The notes: generated by a model not told the origin, from the sequence alone. A stretch of DNA of 64,000 bases from a bacterium (GCA_965213685.1 CBDBZY010000005.1:1-64000); one strand, 5' to 3'. Numbered from the stretch's first letter, positions 47,903-58,753 are shown. Program-made: numbers and translations.

Positions 47903-50322
47903 GTTGTGGATTGCGGCCAGGCATCGATCAGCGATAATCCAAAAGACAATGCCTACTACGTCGATGGAGTTGTGGATTGCGGCCAGGCATCGATCAGCGA
48001 TAATACCAGGCTATGACCACTCCGACCTCCGACCGTTGTGGATTGCGGCCAGGCATCGATCAGCGATAATCGCAGTTGGTCGGCGGCCGTCGCGATCTGG
48101 GTTGTGGATTGCGGCCAGGCATCGATCAGCGATAATCGACATGGACTTCAGCCCGGCCGTATCTCCGTTGTGGATTGCGGCCAGGCATCGATCAGCGATA
48201 ATCTGGGGTGGCTTCGACGGCCAGAGGTCTATGTTGTGGATTGCGGCCAGGCATCGATCAGCGATAATGGAAAACCCCCGGGGTGATGGAGAACTATAGT
48301 TGTGGATTGCGGCCAGGCATCGATCAGCGATAATCATCCTCTCCCGTCTTCCTGCCGTGGAGGCGTTGTGGATTGCGGCCAGGCATCGATCAGCGATAAT
48401 CGAACCGGAGTGCCCGCAGGAGTGCGACGGTTGTGGATTGCGGCCAGGCCACGAACGACATCGATCAGCGATAATAAGCGGCCGATCGGCGGCGGGGCAG
48501 CACCACGTTGTGGATTGCGGCCAGGCATCGATCAGCGATAATTGAGCCGAGCAAGAAAGGTTGACCCTCTTCGTTGTGGATTGCGGCCAGGCATCGATCA
48601 GCGATAATCACCTCTTCGTTCGGACGCTATCATGTTCGGGTTGTGGATTGCGGCCAGGCATCGATCAGCGATAATCCCGCCTCAGCCAGCCCGGCCTCAG
48701 GCATGGGATCGCTGTCGTTGTGGATTGCGGCCAGGCATCGATCAGCGATAATACGATGTCTCCTTACCACACTCAAGTTGCGGCCAGGCATCGACGCAAG
48801 TGGTACGGGTTGTGGATTGCGGCCAGGCATCGATCAGCGATAATCGCGCCCTTTCGCGATCACAATCCCTGCAGGTTGTGGATTGCGGCCAGGCATCGAT
48901 CAGCGATAATCCGCATCGTGTTCGACATTGAGGCGCCTGGGTTGTGGATTGCGGCCAGGCATCGATCAGCGATAATCGCGCCCTTTCAGGCGATCATCAA
49001 TCCCTGCAGGTTGTGGATTGCGGCCAGGGCACGATCAGCGATAATTCTGGTGGCACGGGGCGGGTAATGCAGCACGTTGTGGATTGCGGCCAGGCATCGA
49101 TCAGCGATAATTGAACTTTTTTTCGGGAGGTCACCCGAGAAGTTGTGGATTGCGGCCAGGCATCGATCAGCGATAATTATAACGCTTGGCATCCGAGAAG
49201 AATGGGAGTTGTGGATTGCGGCCAGGCATCGATCAGCGATAATCTCCGGCAGGGCCATGGCGTTCACACTACTGTTGTGGATTGCGGCCAGGCATCGATC
49301 AGCGATAATTTTGAACTGAAGAGAGAGAAACCAGGCATCGTTGTGGATTGCGGCCAGGCATCGATCAGCGATAATGAGCGTTTCGTCGCGAAGAGCAGAC
49401 GAAACGTTGTGGATTGCGGCCAGGCATCGATCAGCGATAATCTCCGGCAGGGCCATGGCGTTCACACTACTGTTGTGGATTGCGGCCAGGCATCGATCAG
49501 CGATAATTTTGAACTGAAGAGAGAGAAACCAGGCATCGTTGTGGATTGCGGCCAGGCATCGATCAGCGATAATATAAAATCGGCGATTTCATAGGCGATG
49601 CCGTTGTGGATTGCGGCCAGGCATCGATCAGCGATAATACGACATTGAGGCGAGTGGGTTGTGGAGCGCCAGGCATCGATCAGCGATATCGCGCCCTTTC
49701 GCGTTGTGGATTGCGGCCAGGCATCGATCAGCGATAATACCTAGGGACTACCAGGTGGAGGGTAAGGGCGCTCGTTGTGGATTGCGGCCAGGCATCGATC
49801 AGCGATAATGACGCTTCTGGCGGACGCGCCTGTGGATGGGTTGTGGATTGCGGCCAGGCATCGATCAGCGATAATGGGCGCGCGCCGAACGCGCGCGCAC
49901 CGGGGGTTGTGGATTGCGGCCAGGCATCGATCAGCGATAATCGGAAGCCTCATCATAACGGCGTTCCTTAAGTTGTGGATTGCGGCCAGGCATCGATCAG
50001 CGATAATAAAGCGAGTATAGGGCGCACCTTCAGGGCGGTTGTGGATTGCGGCCAGGCATCGATCAGCGATAATGGAAGCGTTCATCATGACGGCCTGTGG
50101 ATGGAGTTGTGGATTGCGGCCAGGCATCGATCAGCGATAATGGAGGCGCGCGCGGCCAAAGAAGACGCAGGTTGGGATTGCGGCCAGGCATCGGCGTTGA
50201 CGACCTGATCGATGCGTTGTGGATTGCGGCCAGGCATCGATCAGCGATAATCCACACGCGCAGCTACCGAACTTCAGAAGAATCATGTTGTGGATTGCGG
50301 CCAGGCATCGATCAGCGATAAT
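47903..50322 (+). CRISPR. Type II-C CRISPR array, repeat GTTGTGGATTGCGGCCAGGCATCGATCAGCGATAAT (36 bp), about 37 repeats, mostly 30-bp spacers
   Basis: 33 exact copies plus 4 variant/degenerate by manual count; adjacent to cas2; + strand inferred from anti-repeat orientation. Confidence 0.98.
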
Positions 50323-50373
50323 GGATTCATCCCAAGCGTTTGAATCCATTCGGTTAAGGCTCCCGAGAGCAGA

Positions 50374-50703
50374 TCAGAACAGGGCGATCTGCTCGGGAGC
50401 CTTTTCTGTGGCCCCGCGAATCTTTCCGTGAAACACCTTCATCCGGGAAAACTGCTTGTCGGTAAAAAGAAGCAGCCGCACCTCGCCGTCGGGGGGCAGT
50501 GCGCCGTTCACCCGCTTCTCGTGCACCGCGGCGTTCTCCGCACTCGGGCAGTGGCGGGCGTAGACGGAATACTGGAGCATCGCGAAGCCGTCATCGAGCA
50601 GGGCGCCGCGAAACTCCTGGTAGGCCTTGCGGGCGGCCTTCGTGTCGGTCGGCAGGTCGAACATCACCATCAGCCACATGCTGCGCCAGCCGCCGAAGGT
50701 CAT
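50374..50703 (-). CDS. cas2: CRISPR-associated endoribonuclease Cas2
   Basis: MWLMVMFDLP, DGFAMLQYSVYAR, TDKQF typical of type II Cas2. Confidence 0.96.
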   Translation of the reverse strand: MTFGGWRSMWLMVMFDLPTDTKAARKAYQEFRGALLDDGFAMLQYSVYARHCPSAENAAVHEKRVNGALPPDGEVRLLLFTDKQFSRMKVFHGKIRGATEKAPEQIALF

Positions 50704-51596
50704 GGCCGGGGGATGTCCGCCTCCTTCTCCTCCCCGCAGAGGACGCGGCGGACGCCGGCGGCGTAGTACTGCAGGGCGGTGAGGAGGGGGTAGTTCCTTC
50801 CGCCGAACCGCACCTCGCCCGCCAGAATCTCGAGAAGCTCGCGCTTCTCCTCCCTCCCGAGCTCCGGCTCCTCCCCCCAGATGTCGGGGGCGTCCGCCAT
50901 GCGCCGCACCTGGCGATCCACCATCGGCCGCAACGGCTCCACCAGGTCGTCGGCGAGGCAGAAGCCGTCATACTGGTTGTGGTGGTGGAGGCCGAGAGCG
51001 GGGTGCAGACCCGCCGCGACAATCGCGCGGGCCGTCGCCGCGCGAATCAGCGAGTAGCCGTAGTTCAAAAGGCGGTTGACGCCCGGAAGCGCGCGATCCC
51101 GCCGGAAATCCGCCCCGAACAGCAGGGGCCAATACATCCGCGCGGCGCGCGCCTCGGCGTGGGCGGGCTCCTCCCCGCGCGCCGCCCGCCCGGCTATCGC
51201 CCGCAGGGGGCCGCCGTATTCGCCGAATGCGTCCAGGGCGTCCGCCTGGGCGAGAATCTTCGCGCGCACGATGGCCCGCCAGAGGCGGCCCTGCCTCCCG
51301 GGGGTCGCGGCGGCCTGCTCCCTGACGATGCGGCTGTGGAGGGTGTGCCCGTCCAGCGGGAGCAGGACGGAGGCGGGCAGGTGCTTCTCGTCGCACATCA
51401 CCACGGCGACGTTGTTCTTCATGCACTCGGCGAGCAGACCCTGGGAGGGGCGGATGGCGGGGTGATCCAGAATCAGGACGCCCAGATCCTCCACGGGGAG
51501 GGACTCGGCGGCGAACTTATCCCGCTCGACCTTGAGCTGCTTCCGGCTAAGCGAGAGGCGGGCGGGGCTTCCGATCTCGACGATTCGTTTGAGCAT
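50700..51596 (-). CDS. cas1: CRISPR-associated endonuclease Cas1 (type II)
   Basis: PVEDLG, CDEKHLP, EARAARMYW, NRLLNYGY, LADDLVEPLRP. Confidence 0.96.
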   Translation of the reverse strand: MLKRIVEIGSPARLSLSRKQLKVERDKFAAESLPVEDLGVLILDHPAIRPSQGLLAECMKNNVAVVMCDEKHLPASVLLPLDGHTLHSRIVREQAAATPGRQGRLWRAIVRAKILAQADALDAFGEYGGPLRAIAGRAARGEEPAHAEARAARMYWPLLFGADFRRDRALPGVNRLLNYGYSLIRAATARAIVAAGLHPALGLHHHNQYDGFCLADDLVEPLRPMVDRQVRRMADAPDIWGEEPELGREEKRELLEILAGEVRFGGRNYPLLTALQYYAAGVRRVLCGEEKEADIPRP

Positions 51597-54576
51597 GGGC
51601 GGTCTCCAGGTTTCCCAGGGGGTCGACGGACATCTTCGCCGCCCTGAGCGTGTGGGGGGTAGCAATCAACCGTGTTGCCTTGTCCTCTAGTGTCGTGCTC
51701 GTGTGCGCGCGCAGCGTGATTTTTACTTCCCCTGTTGTCCAAATTTTCGAAACCTTCTGCACGCGATAAAGGGCGCAACCGTTCTTCGGCTCATCGAGCT
51801 GGACCATGTCGTTGACAGAAAGCGACATGACGAACCGCCACCCCTCCGCGCACTCGCGCGAGACGATGGGCATCTTCTCGCGGCGGGCGCGCCGGGCGGC
51901 CTCCAGGGTCGTTATGACGCGGCCCTTTCGCCTGCCCGTCTGGACGTTCTCGATGATCTCGACGTGGTGGTTGTTCCCCAGGGCGTAATACTTGAAGGGT
52001 TCTTCCTCTCCATCCCGCGAGACCGAAAACAGCCCATCCGGACTAAGGTTCTCGGCGACGCGCACCTTCTTGATCCGCGTCCTCCCCGAACCTTTCCGGG
52101 AATGCGGGAGGGAAAGGGGGTTGCTCTCGGGGAAGGCGTCCTTGGCCTTCCAGCCGTGGGCCTCCATGCGCTCTTGCACGAGCTCCCGGACCCGGCCGTC
52201 CACGATTTTCTCCACCTGCTTCCTGCTGAGCAATTCGAGCGAAACCCTGCGGACGAAGCACGCCTCTCCCTCAAGAGAGATGCGCCCATACGCGGTTTCT
52301 TCATGAAGAGCGCCACTAATCTTCCTTCCGCTCGGCTGGTGGGAGACCACGATGGCCCGCACCTTCTGCCGCGCCTCGTCCTTGAATCCGGGCCAGGGCG
52401 ACCCGAGCGGAAAACCCCTCTTGCCCAGAACCGCGCGCTGCTCGGCGGAGAGTTTCGCTATGCCGTTGAAGAGCTTCCGGTTCGTGAGGGCGACGACCAG
52501 CGCGTCGATGGCGTGGTGGCGATGGTCGGCGCGGTTCTTCCCGATGTCGGAATCGACGGCGAGAATCGCGTTGAGCCTCCAGGAGCGGCGCAGGGCGGCG
52601 GTGGCCTGCCCGGTCGTCACCTCGATGTTCGCGCCCAACGCCTTGAGATATTTGCTCACCTCGCGGCTGATGTAGCGGGTGTCGTTGAGCTGACGCTCGA
52701 TGAACTTGTTCAGATCGAGCTCCTTCTGCTCGAAGCGCTTCCTCTTGGGATAGGGCATCTCCTTCATGGAGAAGACGCGCTGCCGGACTTGGTCGAACCG
52801 CCCGGCGTCGCCACCCCATGCCTCCCGGGGCGTCCGGTTCCCCTTCTCCCGGTTGGCGGAAGCCAGGGCGAGCACCTTGTTCATGTAGGAATCGTCCAGC
52901 GTCCTGCTGTAGGGGAGGATGTGATCCACCTCGAAGGCGGGGCTGAAAATATCATGCTGCCCGATGCTCCTGCCGGAATAGGGGCATACGCATTTCTGCT
53001 CCTTCCACAGGCGGTATCGGAGCCTGTTGCCGCCGTTGTCGGATTGCCCCTGCTCCGCCATCACCTCCCGTGCCTCATCGTTGAGGTCCCTGTTCTTCTT
53101 GTTCTGGACGTTCAGCCTTTTCTTCTGCTCCTTGCCGAGCTTCATGTCCCGGGCGAGCTCCACCCGGATGCGCGCCGGCTTCCCGTGTTTGCGGATGATG
53201 GCGTTCACCACCTTGCGCACCTCGTTGATCGCCTTCTGGACGATGGGGTTTCTCAGGTCGGGGGCGGGCGGCAGCACATCCTCCTCCGGCGTCTTTTTTT
53301 GATCCTCGCGCAGATAGCCCGCTCGCTGGCAGGCGTCGTGGTAGTTCTCCCCCCGCTCCAGGTACGGGCTGATCCTGCGAATCGCCCGCAGGGAGAGGTT
53401 GGCGTAGCCCGGCTGAAACTCCGTGTTCAGCAGCGCGTCCGCCTGCGCACTCGTGAGTTTCCAGTGCTCCGTCAACCGCTTCGAAAGGGTCTCTTCCTTG
53501 TGAATGCTGAACACATCCTCCAGAAAAGCGTCCCGCTCGCTATCGGACATGGCGTCCCATGTCTTTTTGGAGAGAATTTTCCGGATGTCGCAGAGCGTGC
53601 GCGCACCCAGCAGGTTCTTCTTCCCGCCCTCCTCGATATTGAAGGTTTCGCCGGAGTGCAGTCCCAACGCCTTGCGGACGCTGTTCCAGCCGAGCGTTTT
53701 CCGCTCCCGAAGAAGGTCCTTGATCTCCTCTCTTTCTTCTTGCCTGAGCGGACGATACCCGCCCGTCTGCGGGTCTCTGACCTCGAGATGGTTGACGTCC
53801 TGGAGTGCCCTGAACCACTGGGCCTCCGGGCGGCCCCAGGGACATCTCTTCCTGCCCGGCTCGAAGGTGCATTTTCCGACGAGCCCCTTCTGCAGTTTCA
53901 GGGGACGCTGGTGGAACAGAATCTTGCGGACGCGGTCGCGCGGGGCGTCACCCAGCAGATCGGGGCGAAACTCCGCCTGCTTCCGCCAGAGAAGGTCGAA
54001 TTCCTCCTCATACATTTTCCGCTCCGTCCGATGGTTCCTCTTCTTCGGCTTGTCCGCCAGATATGCGCCCAGCGTGCGCCTGCCGGATTTCTTGATATCC
54101 TCTCTCAGCCCCGCAATCTCCTGGAGAACCTTCCCGTCTTCCTTTTTCTTCTCCTTGGAATCGCGCACCTTGCGGTTGCTGAGAAACCCCCGCCGCTGGT
54201 TCAGATGGAAGATGGCACGGCCCAGCTCATGCGGGGGAATTTCGCTCTTCAGCCCCCGCTTGCGAATCTCATAGGGGTCGGCCTCGTGGAACAGCCTCTG
54301 CCGCTCCCCGCGCTCCTCGGGCAGGAGGCTCGAGCGGATGAGTTCGTTCCGGAGGGTTTCGCGCCGCATCTTCCGCCTGGCAAGCTGACGGCGGCGGCCC
54401 CGCGCGGCGCGCCTCTCGTGGTTCCTGGGCGTTTTCGTCTTCCTGTCCACCATCTCCTGAAACACCCGGACGCCGATAGCCTCGAGGCGCTGCGGTTCTT
54501 CCGCCTCGTTCTCCTCGATGAGCGCCCAGCCGATGGAGTTGGGGCCAAGGTCGAGTCCGAGGGTCAAATCGGGCAT
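51547..54576 (-). CDS. cas9: Type II-C Cas9, 1009 aa
   Basis: RuvC-I LGLDLGPNSIGW, Arg-rich bridge helix, RuvC-II VELARD, HNH VDHILPYSRTLDDSYMNKVL..N..KGN, RuvC-III HHAIDA; no csn2/cas4. Confidence 0.98.
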   Translation of the reverse strand: MPDLTLGLDLGPNSIGWALIEENEAEEPQRLEAIGVRVFQEMVDRKTKTPRNHERRAARGRRRQLARRKMRRETLRNELIRSSLLPEERGERQRLFHEADPYEIRKRGLKSEIPPHELGRAIFHLNQRRGFLSNRKVRDSKEKKKEDGKVLQEIAGLREDIKKSGRRTLGAYLADKPKKRNHRTERKMYEEEFDLLWRKQAEFRPDLLGDAPRDRVRKILFHQRPLKLQKGLVGKCTFEPGRKRCPWGRPEAQWFRALQDVNHLEVRDPQTGGYRPLRQEEREEIKDLLRERKTLGWNSVRKALGLHSGETFNIEEGGKKNLLGARTLCDIRKILSKKTWDAMSDSERDAFLEDVFSIHKEETLSKRLTEHWKLTSAQADALLNTEFQPGYANLSLRAIRRISPYLERGENYHDACQRAGYLREDQKKTPEEDVLPPAPDLRNPIVQKAINEVRKVVNAIIRKHGKPARIRVELARDMKLGKEQKKRLNVQNKKNRDLNDEAREVMAEQGQSDNGGNRLRYRLWKEQKCVCPYSGRSIGQHDIFSPAFEVDHILPYSRTLDDSYMNKVLALASANREKGNRTPREAWGGDAGRFDQVRQRVFSMKEMPYPKRKRFEQKELDLNKFIERQLNDTRYISREVSKYLKALGANIEVTTGQATAALRRSWRLNAILAVDSDIGKNRADHRHHAIDALVVALTNRKLFNGIAKLSAEQRAVLGKRGFPLGSPWPGFKDEARQKVRAIVVSHQPSGRKISGALHEETAYGRISLEGEACFVRRVSLELLSRKQVEKIVDGRVRELVQERMEAHGWKAKDAFPESNPLSLPHSRKGSGRTRIKKVRVAENLSPDGLFSVSRDGEEEPFKYYALGNNHHVEIIENVQTGRRKGRVITTLEAARRARREKMPIVSRECAEGWRFVMSLSVNDMVQLDEPKNGCALYRVQKVSKIWTTGEVKITLRAHTSTTLEDKATRLIATPHTLRAAKMSVDPLGNLETAHAQTNRRDRKPRPPLA

Positions 54577-54592
54577 TGTGGAAATTCTCCTG

Positions 54593-54628
54593 TTGACACC
54601 ATGAGCGAGAGGGGGTAAAAGTATAGCA
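54593..54628. promoter_or_regulatory. Overlapping divergent sigma70-like promoters for tracrRNA (+) and cas9 (-)
   Basis: + strand TTGACA-N17-TAAAAG; - strand extended -10 TGCTATACT at 54628-54620. Confidence 0.6.
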
Positions 54629-54783
54629 GTTTTCGCTGATCGATGCCTAGTTGCTTTTTTCGCGTTTCACAACAAGAAGCGAACAAGCTTCGGAGGCAAG
54701 TCCCCGAACGGGGAAACGAAACCACCCCTCACTTTTGGGGGGAAACCAAAACCCCGGGCGCTCCGGCTCCCGGGGTTTTGTTA
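54629..54783 (+). ncRNA. tracrRNA
   Basis: Anti-repeat TCGCTGATCGATGCCT...TTCACAAC (54629-54673), then hairpins GAAGC/GCTTC and TCCCC/GGGGA, and a terminator hairpin. Confidence 0.9.
54747..54783. terminator. Intrinsic terminator shared by tracrRNA and convergent egtB
   Basis: CAAAACCCCGGG...CCCGGGGTTTTG 12-bp stem. Confidence 0.8.
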
Positions 54784-54827
54784 TGGATGAATGGATTCCA
54801 TCATCCCGCAGGGGGCGGGGAGTTTCC

Positions 54828-56102
54828 CTACCGCGCGAGCCGGATTCCGCTGAACTGCCATCGCGCCTCGGGAGGAAAGAAGTTTCGGTAGGTGGGGCGG
54901 ACGTGGTTTCGGCTCGTGGCGCAGGAGCCGCCGCGCAGGACGTATTGGTTGCACATGAACTTGCCGTTGTACTCGCCGATGGCCCCGGGCGCGGGACGAT
55001 AGCCCGGGTAGGCGCCGTAGGCACTCGACGTCCACTCCCATACGTCGCCATACATCTGGGCGGGCGCGTCCGCGGGCCCGGCGTCGAGCGCCAGGGGGTG
55101 AAAGCGCGCGCTGTCGGCGAAATTTCCGGCGCGCGTGGCGCCTCCCGCCGCCGTCTCCCATTCGGCCTCGGTCGGCAGCCTCGCCCCCGCCCAGCGGGCG
55201 TAGGCGTCGGCCTCGAAGTAGCTCACGTGGCACACCGGCGCGCGCAGGTCTATCGGCGCGAGACCGGAGAGGGTGAAGTGCCTCCAGGCGCCGGCCGCTC
55301 GCACCCAGTAAAGTGGTGCCCGCCAACCCTCCGCGCAAACCCGGGCCCAGCCCAGCGAGAGCCAGTGCTCGGGCCGCTCGTAGCCGCCATCGGCCATGAA
55401 GGCCAGAAACTCCCCGTTGGTGACGAGCCGATCCGCCATCTCCCAGGCTTCGCAGAAGACGCGATGTCTGGGCGATTCGTTGTCGAAGGCGAAGCCCGCG
55501 CCATCGTGCCCCATCCAGCGAACGCCCTCCGGATAGCCCCGCCAGCCCGGGGGCTTCACGCTCCCGTTTTGCGGGCTTCCCTCCTGCTGAGGCGGCGCCT
55601 CGCGATAGACCGGATGAAGCGGGTTCACGGAGAGCACGTGCTTGATGTCGGTAAGCATGAGCTCCTGGTGCTGCTGCTCGTGGTGGAGGCCGATTTCGAG
55701 GAGGGGGGCGAGGCGGGCCAGCTGCGCCTCGCCCGCTCCGGCCAGCAGCTTTTCCACCTGCGCGTCCACGTGGCGGCGATAGGCGTACACCTCATCGAGT
55801 GCGGGCCGGGAGACGTGGCCCCGCAGATGCCTGGGAAACTGCTCCCCCACGCCGTTGTAGTAGGAGTTGAACAGGACGATGAAATCCGGATGAAACGGCT
55901 CGTAGCCGGCGAGGGCCTCCCGCAGGATGAAGGTCTCGAAGAACCAGGTGATGTGCGCCAGGTGCCAGCGGGTGGGGCTCACGTCCGGCATCGACTGGAT
56001 GACGGTGTCCTCCGGTGCTAGGGGTGCCGCCAACTCCAGGCTGAAGCGGCGGACGTCCAGAAACCGCGTCGTCATATCATCGACAAGCCGGGCGTTCGAC
56101 AT
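54828..56102 (-). CDS. egtB: Ergothioneine biosynthesis sulfoxide synthase
   Basis: [32 protein letters not shown]-like C-terminal [20 protein letters not shown]. Confidence 0.92.
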   Translation of the reverse strand: MSNARLVDDMTTRFLDVRRFSLELAAPLAPEDTVIQSMPDVSPTRWHLAHITWFFETFILREALAGYEPFHPDFIVLFNSYYNGVGEQFPRHLRGHVSRPALDEVYAYRRHVDAQVEKLLAGAGEAQLARLAPLLEIGLHHEQQHQELMLTDIKHVLSVNPLHPVYREAPPQQEGSPQNGSVKPPGWRGYPEGVRWMGHDGAGFAFDNESPRHRVFCEAWEMADRLVTNGEFLAFMADGGYERPEHWLSLGWARVCAEGWRAPLYWVRAAGAWRHFTLSGLAPIDLRAPVCHVSYFEADAYARWAGARLPTEAEWETAAGGATRAGNFADSARFHPLALDAGPADAPAQMYGDVWEWTSSAYGAYPGYRPAPGAIGEYNGKFMCNQYVLRGGSCATSRNHVRPTYRNFFPPEARWQFSGIRLAR

Positions 56103-57109
56103 GGCGCATCCTCCATCGTATTCCGCCCCTCGGGGTCTGCGGTGAGATACTGCACGCTGAACCAGTCCGCCTCGTCCGTCCACACGCGCTCCACGCGCAT
56201 CCCCCCGCGCGCGGCCAGGGTGCGGAAACCCTCGAGCGTGTATTTGTGAGAGTTCTCGCTGTGGATGCTCTCGCCCTCGGCGAAGGTGAACTCCGCATCC
56301 CCCACCCGCACCTTCTGCGCCTTCCGGCTCACGAGGCGCATCTCGACGCGGCCCCGCTCCGCGTCGTAGGACGCCTGGTGGCGAAACTGATCGAGCGCAA
56401 AATCCGCCCCCAGCTCCTCGTTGATGCGCCGCAGGAGGTTGAGGTTGAAATCCCGCGTCACCTCCTCCTTGTCGTTGTAGGCCACCTCGATGATGGGCGC
56501 CGCCTTCTGCAGGTCCACGCCCACCAGAAGACCGCCCCCGGCCCCCACCGTCCGCGCGACGTTCGCCAGAAACGCCACCGCCTCCTCGTCCGTGAAGTTT
56601 CCGATGGTGGAGCCCGGAAAATAGGCGGCCACGCGCCCATAGGCCGCCGCCACCGGCGGCAGCGCGAACGGCCGGGTGAAGTCCGCGCACACGGGCGCGA
56701 CCTCGAGGGCCGCAAAATCCGCCGCGAGCCCCCGCGCCGCGCCGCGCAGGTGCTTCTTCGATATGTCCACCGGAACGTAGGCGGCGGGCCGTTCGAGATG
56801 CGCGAGCAGGGCGCGTATCTTGCGGTCCGAGCCGCTGCCGTATTCGACGATCAGCGCCTCGGGCCCGATAGCCTCCGCCATCTCGGCCGCGGCCTCCTCC
56901 ATGATGCGAAGCTCCGTCCGGGTGAGGTAGTATTCGTCCAGCTCGCAGATGCGCTCGAAGAGCCGCGAGCCGCGCTCATCGTAGAAATACTTGCAGGGCA
57001 GGGTCTTGGCGGGAGCGCCGAGGCCCTCGAGCACATCCGCCCGAAAGTCCCGGAGCCCGGGCCTGTAGTCGTAGAGCTTGATCTCGCGCGTCGCCCCGGT
57101 GCCCGCCAC
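56072..57109 (-). CDS. egtD: L-histidine N-alpha-methyltransferase
   Basis: [44 protein letters not shown]. Confidence 0.95.
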   Translation of the reverse strand: MAGTGATREIKLYDYRPGLRDFRADVLEGLGAPAKTLPCKYFYDERGSRLFERICELDEYYLTRTELRIMEEAAAEMAEAIGPEALIVEYGSGSDRKIRALLAHLERPAAYVPVDISKKHLRGAARGLAADFAALEVAPVCADFTRPFALPPVAAAYGRVAAYFPGSTIGNFTDEEAVAFLANVARTVGAGGGLLVGVDLQKAAPIIEVAYNDKEEVTRDFNLNLLRRINEELGADFALDQFRHQASYDAERGRVEMRLVSRKAQKVRVGDAEFTFAEGESIHSENSHKYTLEGFRTLAARGGMRVERVWTDEADWFSVQYLTADPEGRNTMEDAPCRTPGLSMI

Positions 57110-57424
57110 ACAAATTCCCCGAACGTCCCCACAGATTCCGCGATTCCGGTCATTCCGCCCCAGGCGCGGAGAGATCCCCCCCTTCCCCCCGTTGGAGAGA
57201 GAGAAAGTCCCCCGGTGCGCAACCTCGTAGCCTACGACGCCCGGCGCGTCGATTCAAGGAGGGAGGCCATACCCCCCCCCCGTTCTCGTTCGGGAGGGGG
57301 AGTACACATTTCAAAACGCCCGGGGATGACAGATTCCGCGCGGATGCCCCGCGGCCCGCTTTTCTTTCCCGGACCCCGCATCGGTGGTATGAATGGTGTC
57401 GCGCGCCCCTTTTCGGAAACCTCC

Positions 57425-58615
57425 ATGAACGTCAACGGCAACGTCCTCATCATCGCGTCGAGCCACGCGGTGAACTCCGTCTACAACCGGATGCTGACGC
57501 CCATCCTTCCGCTCATCATGGCCGACTTCGGCTTGGGCTACGCGCAGACGGGACTCATCGCCTCCGTCTACGCCCTCTCGAACAGCCTGTTCCAGCTGCC
57601 CATCTCCTTTCTGGGCGATTTCACCGGAAAAACCCGCCTCATCCTGGGACTCTCCCTGTTCTCCAGCGCCCTGCCCGCTTATTTCTACGGCTATTCGGCC
57701 ACATACGCCGCCCTGCTCGCCCTCGTCTTCCTCAGCGGCCTCGGCGGTTCGGCGTATCACCCCTCGGCGGTGTCGATGATCGCCCGGGAGAGTCCCGGGC
57801 ACCGCGGCCTCGCCATGGGACTCTTCAAGGCGGGGGGAGATTTCGGCAGCATCCTGACGCCGGCGGCCATGAGCTGGCTCACCGTCCACCTTGCGAGCTG
57901 GCGCGCCGCATCGCAGTATTTCGTGTTGCCGGGCGTCGCCTGCGCCCTCCTCATCTGGCTGCGGTTCCAGGATGTGCCCGGCGAACGGGCGCCGATGGCG
58001 AGGGCGGCAAAATCCACGCTCGGCGCACTGCTGGGCGACAGGCTCCTGGTGCGGATGACCCTGCTCTCCTCCTGCCGGGTGATGGGCCTGCGGGGCATCA
58101 TGACGTTCCTGCCGCTGCTGCTGGCCCAGGGGCTGGGGTTGGGCACCATCGCGGTCGGCTGGACGCTCACCGGCTATTTCCTCGTCGGCACGGCCTGCGC
58201 CATCCTCTGGGGAAAATACGCGAACGGGAAGAACGAGACGCGCTTCATCCTCCTCATGATGGCGACGAGCGCACTCTCCCTCGCGTTCCTGTCGCGCGCC
58301 GAATCCTTCGTCGTCTTCCTGGGCCTTCTGGGGTTGCTGGGCGCGAGCCTGAATCCCTCCCAAAGCCTCATGCTGACGATCACCACCGGGGCGATCCCGG
58401 AGAAAAACCGCACGAGCGCCATCGGCCTCATGTACACGGCGAACGAGGCGGCGTCCGTCGCGTCGCCCTTCCTGGGGGGACTCATCGCCCAGGCGGCGGG
58501 ACTGCGGGAATCGTTCCTCTTCTACTCCCTCCTCTGCCTGGTCGCCACCGGACTCGCCTGGCGCATCCACGCCGAGCAAAAAAGGCGCGCGCGGGCGGCG
58601 GGCGCCGCTCCCTAG
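57425..58615 (+). CDS. MFS transporter (Fsr-like)
   Basis: About 12 hydrophobic segments; LTPILP, AYHP, RGLAMGLF..GG. Confidence 0.88.
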   Translation: MNVNGNVLIIASSHAVNSVYNRMLTPILPLIMADFGLGYAQTGLIASVYALSNSLFQLPISFLGDFTGKTRLILGLSLFSSALPAYFYGYSATYAALLALVFLSGLGGSAYHPSAVSMIARESPGHRGLAMGLFKAGGDFGSILTPAAMSWLTVHLASWRAASQYFVLPGVACALLIWLRFQDVPGERAPMARAAKSTLGALLGDRLLVRMTLLSSCRVMGLRGIMTFLPLLLAQGLGLGTIAVGWTLTGYFLVGTACAILWGKYANGKNETRFILLMMATSALSLAFLSRAESFVVFLGLLGLLGASLNPSQSLMLTITTGAIPEKNRTSAIGLMYTANEAASVASPFLGGLIAQAAGLRESFLFYSLLCLVATGLAWRIHAEQKRRARAAGAAP

Positions 58616-58753
58616 AGGCGTCTCCGCACGAGGGCGGGGATTCTTTACACGCGCGCACCGGCGGCATATACTGGGAGGAACATCGAGAAATCCTTTTCCG
58701 CCGGGCTGGACAGCCCGCAGATCTGAAACCGGACAAGAGAAGGAGTTCGCGGG

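Noticed and set aside
47939-50286. Self-targeting spacers within the window
   Set aside because: No match noticed by eye; not an exhaustive search. The CCAGGCATC end of spacer 49310-49339 matches the repeat over only 9 bp
47904-50431. Repetitive ORFs (WIAARHRSAI / DCGQASISDN)
   Set aside because: Translations of the CRISPR repeats, open because the 66-bp unit is a multiple of three
54828-56102. Selenoneine synthase SenA call
   Set aside because: Adjacent to egtD with no senB/senC neighbours; egtB is the simpler call
57110-57424. Possible riboswitch between egtD and the MFS gene
   Set aside because: Only short GC hairpins; no recognisable aptamer consensus
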